Assembly: GCA_034669905.1 (NCBI GenBank)
Contig: JAXMOL010000007.1
Span: 128,970-192,969 of the forward strand
DNA: 64,000 bases
From: Candidatus Hydrogenedentota bacterium
GTDB lineage: Bacteria > Hydrogenedentota > Hydrogenedentia > Hydrogenedentales > JAEUWI01
Reading direction: 5' to 3'
Each line of letters opens with the position of its first letter. The stretch's first letter is position 1. The notes under the pieces were generated by a model, which worked only from the letters and a program-made list of their open reading frames with translations, searched no databases and was not told where the DNA came from. Position numbers and translations under genes: made by a program. Below, piece by piece: positions 1 through 9,799 of the stretch.

Positions 1-97
1 AGACCAGCCCAATGACCCCGAAGCCGACCAACATAGTCAGGCCAAACTTTCGGCGGGCGGTCGTGTCGGGTTTCCAATCGATTGTAACGAGAGACAT
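1..97 (-). CDS. SxtJ-like small membrane protein, partial (N-terminal 32 aa; runs off window start)
   Basis: Minus-strand ATG at 95-97 gives MSLVTIDWKPDTTARRKFGLTMLVGFGVIGLV. This is the protein typically paired with a carbamoyltransferase and a DUF5989 protein. Confidence 0.45.
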   Translation of the reverse strand, partial: MSLVTIDWKPDTTARRKFGLTMLVGFGVIGLV

Positions 98-125
98 GGT
101 GGCGTGCTCCTGAAGGGCTGTCGGC

Positions 126-287
126 CTAAAACAGCGTATAAATAAAGGGTGCCGCTGCGGTGCCCCCAAAGAGGACCAACAGGGTCAGGGCAAGCACCAC
201 GATAAGGATAGGCACCATCCAATACACCTTGTTGGTTCTTATATAGAGAATAAACTCACTCAGGATTCCCGGTCGCTTCGTGGCCAT
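126..287 (-). CDS. DUF5989-family small membrane protein (53 aa)
   Basis: MATKRPGILSEFILYIRTNKVYWMVPILIVVLALTLL is hydrophobic. The gene lies immediately downstream of the carbamoyltransferase, the conserved position for this family. The track ORF is longer; the ATG at 287 fits the known short family. Confidence 0.55.
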   Translation of the reverse strand: MATKRPGILSEFILYIRTNKVYWMVPILIVVLALTLLVLFGGTAAAPFIYTLF

Positions 288-371
288 GGGGTCCGCTCTC
301 CTAACGCGTTTTGTCGTGTCTTGTGTTCCGGTGCTGACGCTCGGCGGTGTACCGCAGTGCACCGTCCCGCA

Positions 372-2321
372 TTAATCCAGCTTAAACTGTTTCTTGTAGG
401 CTTCCGCACCCTCCATTGGCGCTTGTTCCGACTTGATGCAAAGGCAATTTTCCAATATCAACACATCCATATCGGAAAACATGAAGCACCGATAGGCTTC
501 TTCCGGTGTGCCGACAATGGGTTCCCCCCGGATATTGAAGGAGGTGTTGATCACCATCGGACAACCCGTGCGCGATTCAAAGGCCTTGATAAGACGATAA
601 TACCGTGGGGACTGGTCTTCGTTCACGGTCTGAATGCGGGCGGAATAGTCGACGTGCGTGACCGCAGGGATGTCTGAGCGGGCCTCGTTGACCAGGTCAA
701 TACCAAACAAGCCACCCTTTCCCGGTGGCAGGCGGCGGGCCTCGGCCACGGGTGCGACGATCAGCATATAGGGGCTTTCGCCCTCGAGCTCGAAATAATC
801 GGCGGCCCGTTCTTCCAGACAGCTCGGCGCAAACGGCCGAAAGGACTCACGAAATTTGATCTTTCGATTCATCGTGGATTGAAGGGTCGGGTTCCGCGGG
901 TCTCCGAGTATACTGCGTCCACCCAACGCCCGGGGACCGAACTCCATTCGTCCTGCGAAATGTCCCACGATCTGACCCGCTTCCAGGTGGGTGGCCACGG
1001 TATCCAGCAATTCCGCTTCGGATTCGAAATGGATGTAGCGCGCACCCATGCGATCGAGCTGCGCTCGGATTTCTTCATCAGAATACGAAGGGCCCAGATA
1101 GCTGCCCTGTTGTTGGTCCGTAGTCGTAACGTACCGTTCGTGGCCCATAATCTGGTGCCATGCGAAGCATGCCGCACCCAACGCACCCCCGGCATCGCCT
1201 GCGGCCGGTTGAATCCAGATCTTCTTGAAGGGCCCGTCGCGCAGCAGCGCTCCATTGGCGACGCAGTTGAGGGCGACCCCGCCGGCGAGGCACAGATGGT
1301 CCAGCCCGGTTTTCTGGTGGACGTGGGTTGCGATTCGGAGCACCACTTCTTCCAATACCACCTGAATGCTTCGGGCCAGATCCATTTCCCGCTGGGTGAT
1401 GGGGGACTCAGGCTTCCGCGGTTCCCCCCCGAAGAGCCGGTGAAAATGTTTGCTCGTCATGGTGAGGCCACTGCAGTAGTTGAAATAGCGTTGGTCTAAC
1501 CAGAAGGAACCGTCATCGTGCACCGAAATAAGATGTTCCCGGATGAGATCGGCATAGCGGGGTTCACCATAGGGCGCGAGTCCCATGAGTTTGTATTCGC
1601 CCGAATTCACCCGGAATCCCGTGTAGTAGGTAAAGGCGCTGTAAAGGAGGCCCAACGAGTGGGGGAAGTGTATTTCCTTTTCAAGGCGGAGGTGATTGCC
1701 CCGTCCCACGCCCCAGCTGGTTGTGGTCCATTCCCCGACGCCATCCAGCGTGATGACGGCCGCCTCTTCAAAGGGCGAAGGGAAAAAAGCGCTGGCGCCG
1801 TGGGACTCGTGGTGCTCGGTAAAGTAGATCGGTCCCGAATACTGGTTCCTGAGGCCCCCGTCGATTTCGCGCGGCAGAAATAGTTTTTCACGGACCCACA
1901 GGGGCAAGGCCATCATGAAAGAGCGGAGCCCGAAGGGAGCGGTGGCCAAATAGGTCTCAAGAATGCGTTCAAATTTCAGTAGGGGCTTGTCGTAAAAAAC
2001 GACGGCATCCAGGGATTCGGGGCCGATGCCTGCGGATTCCAGGCAGTAGGCTACGGCATGGGTGGGGAAGGCCGCATCGTGCTTGATGCGGGTAAAACGT
2101 TCTTCCTGTGCCGCGGCGAGGATTACACCATCGCCCAACAGGGCCGCGGCGCTGTCGTGGTAAAAGGCCGATATGCCAAGTACGTAGATAATGACTCTAT
2201 ATCTCCAACAGGAATCAGGGGGAAACAGGGATGGGGCAGCGTGAAGTGTGGTCCCTGTGCGGAGGCGCGACTCAGGCCTTTCGCACCTTGCCGTCCGGGT
2301 CGGGCAAACCGCCCAGGGCAT
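372..2321 (-). CDS. NodU/CmcH-family carbamoyltransferase
   Basis: GISAFYHDSAAALLGDGVILAAAQEERFTRIKHD N-terminal signature. The C-terminal carbamoyltransferase domain is conserved. The ATG at 2321 adds a 42-aa Arg-rich non-conserved leader and overlaps the upstream gene by 50 nt. The true start may be non-canonical near 2195. Confidence 0.85.
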   Translation of the reverse strand: MPWAVCPTRTARCERPESRLRTGTTLHAAPSLFPPDSCWRYRVIIYVLGISAFYHDSAAALLGDGVILAAAQEERFTRIKHDAAFPTHAVAYCLESAGIGPESLDAVVFYDKPLLKFERILETYLATAPFGLRSFMMALPLWVREKLFLPREIDGGLRNQYSGPIYFTEHHESHGASAFFPSPFEEAAVITLDGVGEWTTTSWGVGRGNHLRLEKEIHFPHSLGLLYSAFTYYTGFRVNSGEYKLMGLAPYGEPRYADLIREHLISVHDDGSFWLDQRYFNYCSGLTMTSKHFHRLFGGEPRKPESPITQREMDLARSIQVVLEEVVLRIATHVHQKTGLDHLCLAGGVALNCVANGALLRDGPFKKIWIQPAAGDAGGALGAACFAWHQIMGHERYVTTTDQQQGSYLGPSYSDEEIRAQLDRMGARYIHFESEAELLDTVATHLEAGQIVGHFAGRMEFGPRALGGRSILGDPRNPTLQSTMNRKIKFRESFRPFAPSCLEERAADYFELEGESPYMLIVAPVAEARRLPPGKGGLFGIDLVNEARSDIPAVTHVDYSARIQTVNEDQSPRYYRLIKAFESRTGCPMVINTSFNIRGEPIVGTPEEAYRCFMFSDMDVLILENCLCIKSEQAPMEGAEAYKKQFKLD

Positions 2322-3594
2322 TGCGGGTGTCCATAATCAGCGCCGCGTGCTTCAGGATAAAGGGGTAATCGTAGTCGCTGTGATCCGTGACCACCAGGAT
2401 GCAGTCCTGCGAGGCGAGAAAGCGTTCGGTCAAGGGCTGACTCTCCATCGCGGGAATATCGGGCCAACGCCGCATCTTCGGGAGGACGGCGATATGGGGG
2501 TCGTTGTAGGTGACGTTTACCCCCTTTTTTAACAGACGCCGGATAAGCTCAAAGGTGGGGCTTTCCCGCGGGTCATCCACGTCCTTTTTGTAGGCCGCTC
2601 CCAGAATACAAATGCGACTTCCCCGCAAGGCCTGGCCCTGGTCATTCAGGGCGTCTGCAAGGCGGGAAACGACGTAGTTTGGCATGCTGGTGTTGATTTC
2701 GCCCGCCAGTTCAATGAAGCGGGTAGTCAGGCCGGCCTGTCGTGCAATCCAACTCAGATAGAAGGGGTCAATGGGGATGCAATGGCCCCCCAGGCCCGGC
2801 CCCGGGTAGAACGCCTGGAAACCAAAGGGCTTGGTCTTTGCCGCATCAATGACTTCCCACACATCGATGTCGAGCCGGTCGAAGATGACTTTGAGTTCAT
2901 TTGCCATCGCGATATTCACCGCGCGGTAGGTGTTCTCCACAATTTTCGCGGCCTCCGCCACGTCGCAGGACGAAACCTGTACGATCTTGACGATGGCCTC
3001 CTGATACAGGGCGACGGTCAGTTCCGTAGAGGCATCATCGTAGCCACCGACCAGCTTGGGAATGCCGTCGGCCGAGTAATCCGAGTTGCCGGGATCTTCC
3101 CGTTCGGGGCTGTAGGCCAGGAAGAAATCCTTTCCGACCGTCAGTCCGCTGCGTTCGAGGATGGGCAACATGACGTTGCGGGTGGTGCCGGGGTAGGTCG
3201 TGCTCTCCAGCACCACCAACTGGCCCGGGCGAAGTCGCTTCGCAATGGCCGCGCAGGTGGACTCCACATAGCTCAGGTCCGGCTCCCGGCCCTGACCCAG
3301 GGGGGTAGGCACACAAATGAGCAAGACGTCAGCCTCATCGAGCCGCCCCATGTCATCCGTCGCCGTGAACTTACCACTGGCAATCCAGTCCTGGAGCCAC
3401 GCCGAGGGCACATGCTTGATGTAACTGTTTCCCGCCCGAAGCGACTCCACTTTGTGGTTGTCGGTGTCGTAACCAATGACGGAATAGCCCGCATTGATAA
3501 AGGCGCGAATCAGGGGAAGGCCCACATAGCCGAGTCCGATAATACCGACGGAGACCGATTTTCGCTGAATTCGATCAAGCAATTGCTCGTGCAT
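2272..3594 (-). CDS. UDP-sugar dehydrogenase (UDP-GlcNAc/UDP-ManNAc 6-dehydrogenase, TviB/WbpA/WecC-like)
   Basis: N-terminal Rossmann motif VGIIGLGYVGLP. Length of 440 aa and overall pattern match the UDP-glucose/GDP-mannose dehydrogenase family. Confidence 0.85.
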   Translation of the reverse strand: MHEQLLDRIQRKSVSVGIIGLGYVGLPLIRAFINAGYSVIGYDTDNHKVESLRAGNSYIKHVPSAWLQDWIASGKFTATDDMGRLDEADVLLICVPTPLGQGREPDLSYVESTCAAIAKRLRPGQLVVLESTTYPGTTRNVMLPILERSGLTVGKDFFLAYSPEREDPGNSDYSADGIPKLVGGYDDASTELTVALYQEAIVKIVQVSSCDVAEAAKIVENTYRAVNIAMANELKVIFDRLDIDVWEVIDAAKTKPFGFQAFYPGPGLGGHCIPIDPFYLSWIARQAGLTTRFIELAGEINTSMPNYVVSRLADALNDQGQALRGSRICILGAAYKKDVDDPRESPTFELIRRLLKKGVNVTYNDPHIAVLPKMRRWPDIPAMESQPLTERFLASQDCILVVTDHSDYDYPFILKHAALIMDTRNALGGLPDPDGKVRKA

Positions 3595-3680
3595 AACTAT
3601 CGATTTCCGTAGGCCACCCTTCGGAAAGGGCGGCTGCCTGTGTCAAAACGGGGATTTCGGTTGCTCGGGAGTTGCCCGCC

Positions 3681-5549
3681 CTAATCCGCTTCACGAACAA
3701 ATTTTGCGCCGCAAACGAGTACACTACATACCAGGAAGGCCCCTACCATGGCCATCAATACCAGTTTGCTTCGCGACGGGGCCACTTTGTTGGGATTGGC
3801 CTGCGCCTGATAAAGGATAGCCGTGCCTGTTTGCGTGGCATTCTCCGTCGAAAACTCGAGCAGGGCTACTTCTTCCGCCTTGGAGGCGAGGGCCGTCCGC
3901 ACGTTCTTGGTCTTGTCCGATTCCCGGGTCAGCGCGTCAATCTGGAGTTCGAAATCCGAGATACTCCTATCCAGTGCGTTGGCTTCTTCCGTCAATCGAT
4001 CACGCAATTCGCTGCGGGTTTTCCGGTCCGCCTGACTGCGAAGGTTTTTGAGGGTTAACTCTTCGACGACCTTGGCCTCTTCAAGATAGTCATCTCGAAG
4101 CAGGGCAAGTGAAGTCTTCGTAGCCTCCAGTGCGGTGGTTCGGCGGTCCAGCTCCTCGGTTATCATGTCGATCTCGCTCTCCAGTTCTTCGGTGAGCTGC
4201 ATGACCGCCTCTTCGCTGCGTTCCAACTGGACCGTACTCCCACGCAGTGTCTCGGCTTTGGAGGTCAATTCGACGATGGTTTCCCGCGTCGATTGATAGA
4301 GGGGATTCAATGTTTCAGACTTGAGAGGGACCAACATGTCGGGGTTGGGTCCGTCTTCCTTGTCCCGGTTGAGATAGAGATCCCACAAGGCGTCATCGGT
4401 TATGGCCTTATTGAGCGTGATGGTCTCCGTAATGTCTTTGAGCTGCTCGGTGAGGGCCGAGAGGGCGGTTTCCACCGCAGGAAGCTCATCGTCCACCTTG
4501 GCTTTTTCCGCCAGAATACGCTCCATGTCGATTTGGCTGTGCTCAAATCGTTTCTCTTTTCCCAGAAGATTCTGTTCCCGCCGGAATTTTCGCAGGGCTT
4601 CCGTCTGGCGCACCTTCTGCTCCGATAGATCCAGTACTTTCTTCGCCTGATCGGAAAGATTTTCCAGGGGGAAGGGGTAGGGTTCGTTCTTCAGCAGCGC
4701 GTCTTCCGCCACGGTGCCAATCCACTCGTTGTCTACCCGCTGCTCTTTAATACGGGCCTCTCCCTCTTCGATGGCGACTTCATTGACCGCGAGTTCAATG
4801 TCGATGTCGAGGATTTCGTCTTCCAGCATACTGATCTTTTTCGTCAGCGTGGCCAGGCGGGCTTTCTTTAAGGTCAGGCTCGCTTCCAGTTCCTTCTCCG
4901 CCAGGGTGCTCTCCAACTCCTCCAGGGACTCGTTCGACTTCTTATACATGTCGCCGATGAAGGCTCCCAGCGCTTCGACGCCCTTGGTGTAAATTTCGCT
5001 GCTTCGGGTCTCCACCAGCGATGCCCACTCATTGGCGATACGTTCGGCATCGGTAGCCGATTCGGCACGGGCCTTGAGAATGAGGATGGGCAGAATGTCG
5101 GAGCCACCCGCCGCACGGGATTGCTGCTTCTTAATTTCCGTTCGCAGGGTGCCCTGAAACTCCCGAAAACGGCCATCTTTACTCTGATTCTTTTCGGCAT
5201 CGAGCACCAGGATGCCCTTTTCCAGCAGGGTTTCAAAGAGGGTCCAGGTAATCTCCGTGGACTCCGTCAGGGCCTGCAGCGTCTCCACCGTGAGGGTTGG
5301 GACGTCCCGAGGGGCCGGATTTTCTTCGGCGCGGTCAATGGGACGGGGGGGCTCGCGTACGATGAGGGCCGCAGAAGACTCGTACAGATTCGGCTTGGTC
5401 AGGCTATAGGCCGCCGCCAGTATGCCCACCAGCAGCGTGGTACCGATTAACGTCCATTTCCATCGGAAGAGCTCGCGGAGGATTTCGCCCAAATCCAATT
5501 CATCATACTGTTCGTGCTCTTCGACTGCCTTGGCCATGCATTGCTCCAA
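3681..5549 (-). CDS. Polysaccharide co-polymerase (Wzz/GumC-like chain-length determinant, no kinase domain)
   Basis: N-terminal Wzz-like segment with a TM (WKWTLIGTTLLVGILAAAY). Long coiled-coil periplasmic region. C-terminal TM (VLMAMVGAFLVCSVLVCG). No Walker motifs. Confidence 0.75.
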   Translation of the reverse strand: MEQCMAKAVEEHEQYDELDLGEILRELFRWKWTLIGTTLLVGILAAAYSLTKPNLYESSAALIVREPPRPIDRAEENPAPRDVPTLTVETLQALTESTEITWTLFETLLEKGILVLDAEKNQSKDGRFREFQGTLRTEIKKQQSRAAGGSDILPILILKARAESATDAERIANEWASLVETRSSEIYTKGVEALGAFIGDMYKKSNESLEELESTLAEKELEASLTLKKARLATLTKKISMLEDEILDIDIELAVNEVAIEEGEARIKEQRVDNEWIGTVAEDALLKNEPYPFPLENLSDQAKKVLDLSEQKVRQTEALRKFRREQNLLGKEKRFEHSQIDMERILAEKAKVDDELPAVETALSALTEQLKDITETITLNKAITDDALWDLYLNRDKEDGPNPDMLVPLKSETLNPLYQSTRETIVELTSKAETLRGSTVQLERSEEAVMQLTEELESEIDMITEELDRRTTALEATKTSLALLRDDYLEEAKVVEELTLKNLRSQADRKTRSELRDRLTEEANALDRSISDFELQIDALTRESDKTKNVRTALASKAEEVALLEFSTENATQTGTAILYQAQANPNKVAPSRSKLVLMAMVGAFLVCSVLVCGAKFVREAD

Positions 5550-5779
5550 TAATCTGCGCGGGTGTCGGGGCGGTGACGTGTCACAAGGGCCGCATCCGAT
5601 ACCGAGTTAAATTTTCTCACGGGGCACGAGACGGAAATCACCCGTTCCCATGGGTTTGGACGTTTTCACCGGGCCGCAATTTACGGCCCCGTTCGTATGG
5701 ACCCGATTCTATCACGCCCGTTCCAAACACTTCCAAACCGGGGATTTGCCGTTGATCGATTGGTAAGCTGCCGACTATA

Positions 5780-7447
5780 ATGGCGCGGCAAGGGAGTCCC
5801 TTTGATCCCGATCCCTATTTTTTTCTGAAAAAACGTCGGAAAGGCCCCCAGGTGACCGAAATCTTGCTGCTGAAAATAGTTGCTGGACTCTTTTTTGGCT
5901 GCCTGGTCGCCACGGTGATCTTGATTCCACTGGTCATGCGCCTGGCCCGAAAGGTCGGTGCGGTGGATCAGGGCGGGTACCGGAAGGTATTCGAGGGGGC
6001 CATGCCCCTGCTGGGTGGGCTCGGTATCGCGTTGCCACTGTTGGTGGCCGGCACGTTGGCGAGCGCTGCTGGATACCTGCTGCTTTGGGGCAACAACTGG
6101 AAGTGGCTCCTTCAGCATTACCCCGACCACTTCGACTTTCTCTACAGCCTCGCCTCCTACAACCGGAACGACCTGCTGCTCCTCGTGCTGGGCGGTATTG
6201 CCATTCTGGTTCTGGGGCTCGTCGACGATACCCGCGGTATGCGGGCCCGGTGGAAGCTTCTGGGGCAAGTAGGCGTGGCCGCTTTCGTTTGTCTCGCCGG
6301 TTATGGGCTGAATACGGTAGCCCTTCCTTTTGTCGGGACCATCGAATTGGGCTTTCTGTTGGGAAGCCTGCTGACCATGTTCTGGATTGTGGGCATGATC
6401 AACGCCTTTAATCTCATTGACGGTGTGGATGGGCTTGCGTCCGGAATCGCACTCGTGGGCGTAATCGCCCTGGTAACCCTGGGCTTTCTCCAGGAAAACA
6501 CCTACGTGACCTTCGTCGGTGCGGCGATGGCGGGGTGTTTGCTCGGTTTCCTGATCTACAATTTCCCGCCCGCCCGCATCTTTATGGGCGATACAGGCAG
6601 CATGTTTATCGGATTCACCCTGGCTGCCATGTCGCTCATGGGCTCCCAGAAGTCGGAAACGGCGGTCATTCTGCTCACGCCGACCCTGGCCCTCAGCTTT
6701 CCTATTTTCGAAACCCTGATCTCTATCGTGCGGCGCTATTTGCGAGGGGTCCCCATCTTTGCGGGGGACAACCACCATACCCACCATCGACTGCTGGGCA
6801 AAGGATACTCCCAGCCCCGCGTGGTCTTGACCCTCTATGGGGTCGCTGCGTGCCTGGCCACAGCCGCCGTGCTGTCGGCCCTGATTCCCATCAACTCCCC
6901 CTGGAGCGGCGTGCCCTACGCCCTCTACGCCGGGGCCCTGGTATATATCGCCTGGTTGGCCGGGTATCTTCGGCCCACCGCCTTCCGCACCATTTTTGAG
7001 CGGCGTCAGAAAAACCGTTTGTACCATGCGCTTGCGGCCTACGCCAAGCTCTGCCTCGACAATCATGGCGGGTGTGTGGAACGGCGCCTCTTGTTGGAGC
7101 TCTGCCGGCACGAGCTGGGACTCCGCTACCTGGAGGTGCAGTTGGAGGGCGGCGCACGCCTGATGGCGTCGGAGGGCGTGCCGGCACACGTGGCCACCCT
7201 GGCGTCGGCGGAGAAGCTTCGTGTGAAGTCATCCGATGATAAGGATGTCTTCCTCTACTATGCCTTCGTGGAAGTGCCTTCCGACAATCATCGCCAGGAC
7301 GTGATAGCCTGTCTTGCGGGCATATTCGACCAGTGTATCACTGATCATGCGGGGAATCAGGGGGAAATCGAGTTGGCAGGGATTGAGGACGATGCCCCAG
7401 ACCGGTCAACCGAAATATTGCCCGTCTCCGAGCCCGGGTCTTCCTGA
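5780..7447 (+). CDS. MraY/WecA-family (GT4) polyprenyl-phosphate HexNAc-1-phosphate transferase with C-terminal extension
   Basis: Motifs LGLVDDTRGM and NAFNLIDGVDGLASG. Multiple TM segments. About 190 extra C-terminal residues after the last TM. Confidence 0.8.
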   Translation: MARQGSPFDPDPYFFLKKRRKGPQVTEILLLKIVAGLFFGCLVATVILIPLVMRLARKVGAVDQGGYRKVFEGAMPLLGGLGIALPLLVAGTLASAAGYLLLWGNNWKWLLQHYPDHFDFLYSLASYNRNDLLLLVLGGIAILVLGLVDDTRGMRARWKLLGQVGVAAFVCLAGYGLNTVALPFVGTIELGFLLGSLLTMFWIVGMINAFNLIDGVDGLASGIALVGVIALVTLGFLQENTYVTFVGAAMAGCLLGFLIYNFPPARIFMGDTGSMFIGFTLAAMSLMGSQKSETAVILLTPTLALSFPIFETLISIVRRYLRGVPIFAGDNHHTHHRLLGKGYSQPRVVLTLYGVAACLATAAVLSALIPINSPWSGVPYALYAGALVYIAWLAGYLRPTAFRTIFERRQKNRLYHALAAYAKLCLDNHGGCVERRLLLELCRHELGLRYLEVQLEGGARLMASEGVPAHVATLASAEKLRVKSSDDKDVFLYYAFVEVPSDNHRQDVIACLAGIFDQCITDHAGNQGEIELAGIEDDAPDRSTEILPVSEPGSS

Positions 7448-7474
7448 GCTTTCGGGGAGGGCGCGGTCATCTGC

Positions 7475-7681
7475 CTAGTGAAGGCAGGGGATTTGGCCAT
7501 CACCGGTGCTGCGGCGGTACTCTTCCGCCACCGTCATCAACGACCCCAGCACCACGTGCTCCAGTGAAACACCGAGTTCGTCCGCGTAACGTTTCAGCGT
7601 GGATTCCAAGGTCGGCTGGGCTTCCAGGATTTTTTGGGCGGCGCTCTTTACCTCTTCGCTGATCATAAGGGGTGCGGACAT
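7475..7681 (-). CDS. hypothetical small protein (68 aa)
   Basis: ORF starting MSAPLMISEEVKSAAQKILE. The track ORF extends further upstream into the eda 3' end, so a trimmed start was chosen. Confidence 0.3.
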   Translation of the reverse strand: MSAPLMISEEVKSAAQKILEAQPTLESTLKRYADELGVSLEHVVLGSLMTVAEEYRRSTGDGQIPCLH

Positions 7682-7745
7682 CGTTACGGGCCTTTCCAAG
7701 GTTGTTTGCGTTACTACTCCCTTATCGACCTGAGCGAGAATTTCT

Positions 7746-8402
7746 TTAATGGCCCGACCGGGCACGTGCCACGGCCTCGGAGAAGCGCACGGCCCGCGTT
7801 CGTATTTCGTCGAACTTGCCAGCTCCAATAAGGGCATTCGACACCAGGGCCGACCCGACCCCTACGGCAGCAACGCCGGCCTGAATGAAGGTGTGGACAT
7901 TGTCGGCGTCGATGCCACCTGTTGGCACCATCGGGATTTGGGGCATGGGCGCGCTCACCGCCTTGATATAGTCCAGCCCACCCAGTGTTGCTGGAAACAC
8001 CTTGATCAAATCGCCGCCCAATTCCCACGCCCGCAGGATTTCCGTCGGAGTAAAGGCACCCGGTAAGACCGGGGTTCCATAACGCCTCCCGGTTCGAATG
8101 GTTTCCTCATCCGTAATCGGACAGACCAGGTATTCTGCCCCGGCACCGATCGCCAGGCGGGCCGTTTCTCGATCCAACACACTTCCAGCGCCGAGAAGAA
8201 CATCCGCCCCGGCCAGTTCCTTGCGGGCCGCAGCGATAGCGTCCAGCGCTCCCGGCGTGGTCATGGTAACTTCCACACAGTGTATGCCCCCTTCGACCAG
8301 CGCCATGACCGTGCGCACCAGCGCGTCTCCGCCTTGGTCGGCCCGAATGATGGCGATTACACCCTTTTGTTTCAGATACATTACACGGTCGTGGTGGTCC
8401 AA
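7746..8402 (-). CDS. eda: KDPG / 4-hydroxy-2-oxoglutarate aldolase
   Basis: GVIAIIR...VEVTMTTPGALDAI...GAGSVL...LVCPITDEE...KVFPA pattern typical of Eda. Length 218 aa. Confidence 0.85.
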   Translation of the reverse strand: MDHHDRVMYLKQKGVIAIIRADQGGDALVRTVMALVEGGIHCVEVTMTTPGALDAIAAARKELAGADVLLGAGSVLDRETARLAIGAGAEYLVCPITDEETIRTGRRYGTPVLPGAFTPTEILRAWELGGDLIKVFPATLGGLDYIKAVSAPMPQIPMVPTGGIDADNVHTFIQAGVAAVGVGSALVSNALIGAGKFDEIRTRAVRFSEAVARARSGH

Positions 8403-8518
8403 TGGAGGGCTCCTTTGCCTGGGAAAGTGCGTTGCCGGATGAAACGCGGGATATGCTATGCTCGCTTCTCAATGTGCATTAGCAAGGATTATGACAAACT
8501 CCGAGAAAGGACTGCACC

Positions 8519-9709
8519 ATGTGCTTCCCGACCGCCTTCCCGACCTCCCATAAAGCCAACCCGTTGCCTGTCCTGGGAGCGGTTCTTTTTCTCCTCGTCG
8601 GCACCCTGGCCACGGCCCAGGCCGACCCCGCGCCGGGTTACACCATTCCCATTGTAGACATATCCGCGCAGACGGAGCGTCAGGTCGTGGTGGATCGGGA
8701 AGAAGGGCAATATCTTGGACATCCGACCACCGTCTTGCTGGAAGACAACACCACCATGATCGCGGTTTACCCCAAAGGCCATGGGCGTGGCCCCATCGTG
8801 ATGAAGCGCAGCACGGACGCCGGTTTGACGTGGAGCGATCGATTGCCGGTCCCTGAAAACTGGGCAAGCTCCAAGGAAGTTCCGACCATCCACCGCGTCA
8901 TTGACCCCCAGGGCGTCAAGCGATTGATCATGTTCTCCGGTCTGTATCCCATTCGTATGGCCGTTTCCGAAGACGACGGCGCCACCTGGTCGCCCCTGAA
9001 ATCTATTGGAGACTTCGGTGGCATCGTGGCCATGGGCTGTGTGGAGCGTCTGAAAAATGGCAACTATATCGCACTCTTTCACGACGATGGTCGTTTCATC
9101 AGTGGCAGTGGATCGAAGGCCGCCCCGCCCGAAGGGGGCCCTGTATTTAAGGTCTATCAGATCGAGTCCAAAGATGGTGGGCTGACCTGGGGCGGGCTTC
9201 GCGTTATCGCGACCCATCCCGAAGCCCATCTGTGCGAACCGGGTATTTTTCGTTCCCCCGATGGCAATCAATTGGCCGTTCTCCTGCGCGAGAACAGCCG
9301 GAAGTTCAATTCGTTTCTGATCACCTCCGAAGATGAAGGGGCTACCTGGTCGGAGCCCCGTCAGGTCCCGGCCTCCCTCACCGGCGATCGACACACGGGC
9401 AAATATGCCCCCGACGGCCGTCTCTTCATCTCGTTCCGGGATACCACGCGTCAGAGTCCGACCAAAGGGGATTGGGTCGGCTGGGTTGGCACCTATGACG
9501 ATATCGTCAACGGACGGGACGGCCAATACCGTGTCCGGATTATGGACAATCACAAAGGGGCGGACTGCGCCTATCCTGGCGTAGAGGTGCTCCCCGATGG
9601 AACCTTCGTGACGACGACCTATGGGCACTTTGCACCCGATGCGAAGCCCTATGTGGTCAGCGTGCGTTTCACCCTCGAAGAGTTGGATACCTTGCTGGCT
9701 ACACAGTAG
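8519..9709 (+). CDS. Secreted BNR/Asp-box repeat glycoside hydrolase (sialidase-like)
   Basis: Signal peptide. Four Asp-box motifs: STDAGLTWS, SEDDGATWS, SKDGGLTWG, SEDEGATWS. Confidence 0.8.
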   Translation: MCFPTAFPTSHKANPLPVLGAVLFLLVGTLATAQADPAPGYTIPIVDISAQTERQVVVDREEGQYLGHPTTVLLEDNTTMIAVYPKGHGRGPIVMKRSTDAGLTWSDRLPVPENWASSKEVPTIHRVIDPQGVKRLIMFSGLYPIRMAVSEDDGATWSPLKSIGDFGGIVAMGCVERLKNGNYIALFHDDGRFISGSGSKAAPPEGGPVFKVYQIESKDGGLTWGGLRVIATHPEAHLCEPGIFRSPDGNQLAVLLRENSRKFNSFLITSEDEGATWSEPRQVPASLTGDRHTGKYAPDGRLFISFRDTTRQSPTKGDWVGWVGTYDDIVNGRDGQYRVRIMDNHKGADCAYPGVEVLPDGTFVTTTYGHFAPDAKPYVVSVRFTLEELDTLLATQ

Positions 9710-9799
9710 CGGCGCGCTGCCGAATGTATCGGGCAGCCAGGAGGCCGTGTCCGCAGCCGGACACCCAACGTACACACCAAGATTACAGGCGTTAATTCC

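Noticed and set aside
5681-7189. 502-aa minus-strand ORF overlapping the WecA-like gene
   Set aside because: Antisense of a motif-supported membrane transferase. Composition is His/Gln/Gly-rich noise.
8489-9775. 428-aa minus-strand ORF overlapping the sialidase-like gene
   Set aside because: Antisense. The forward frame has four clear Asp-box repeats.
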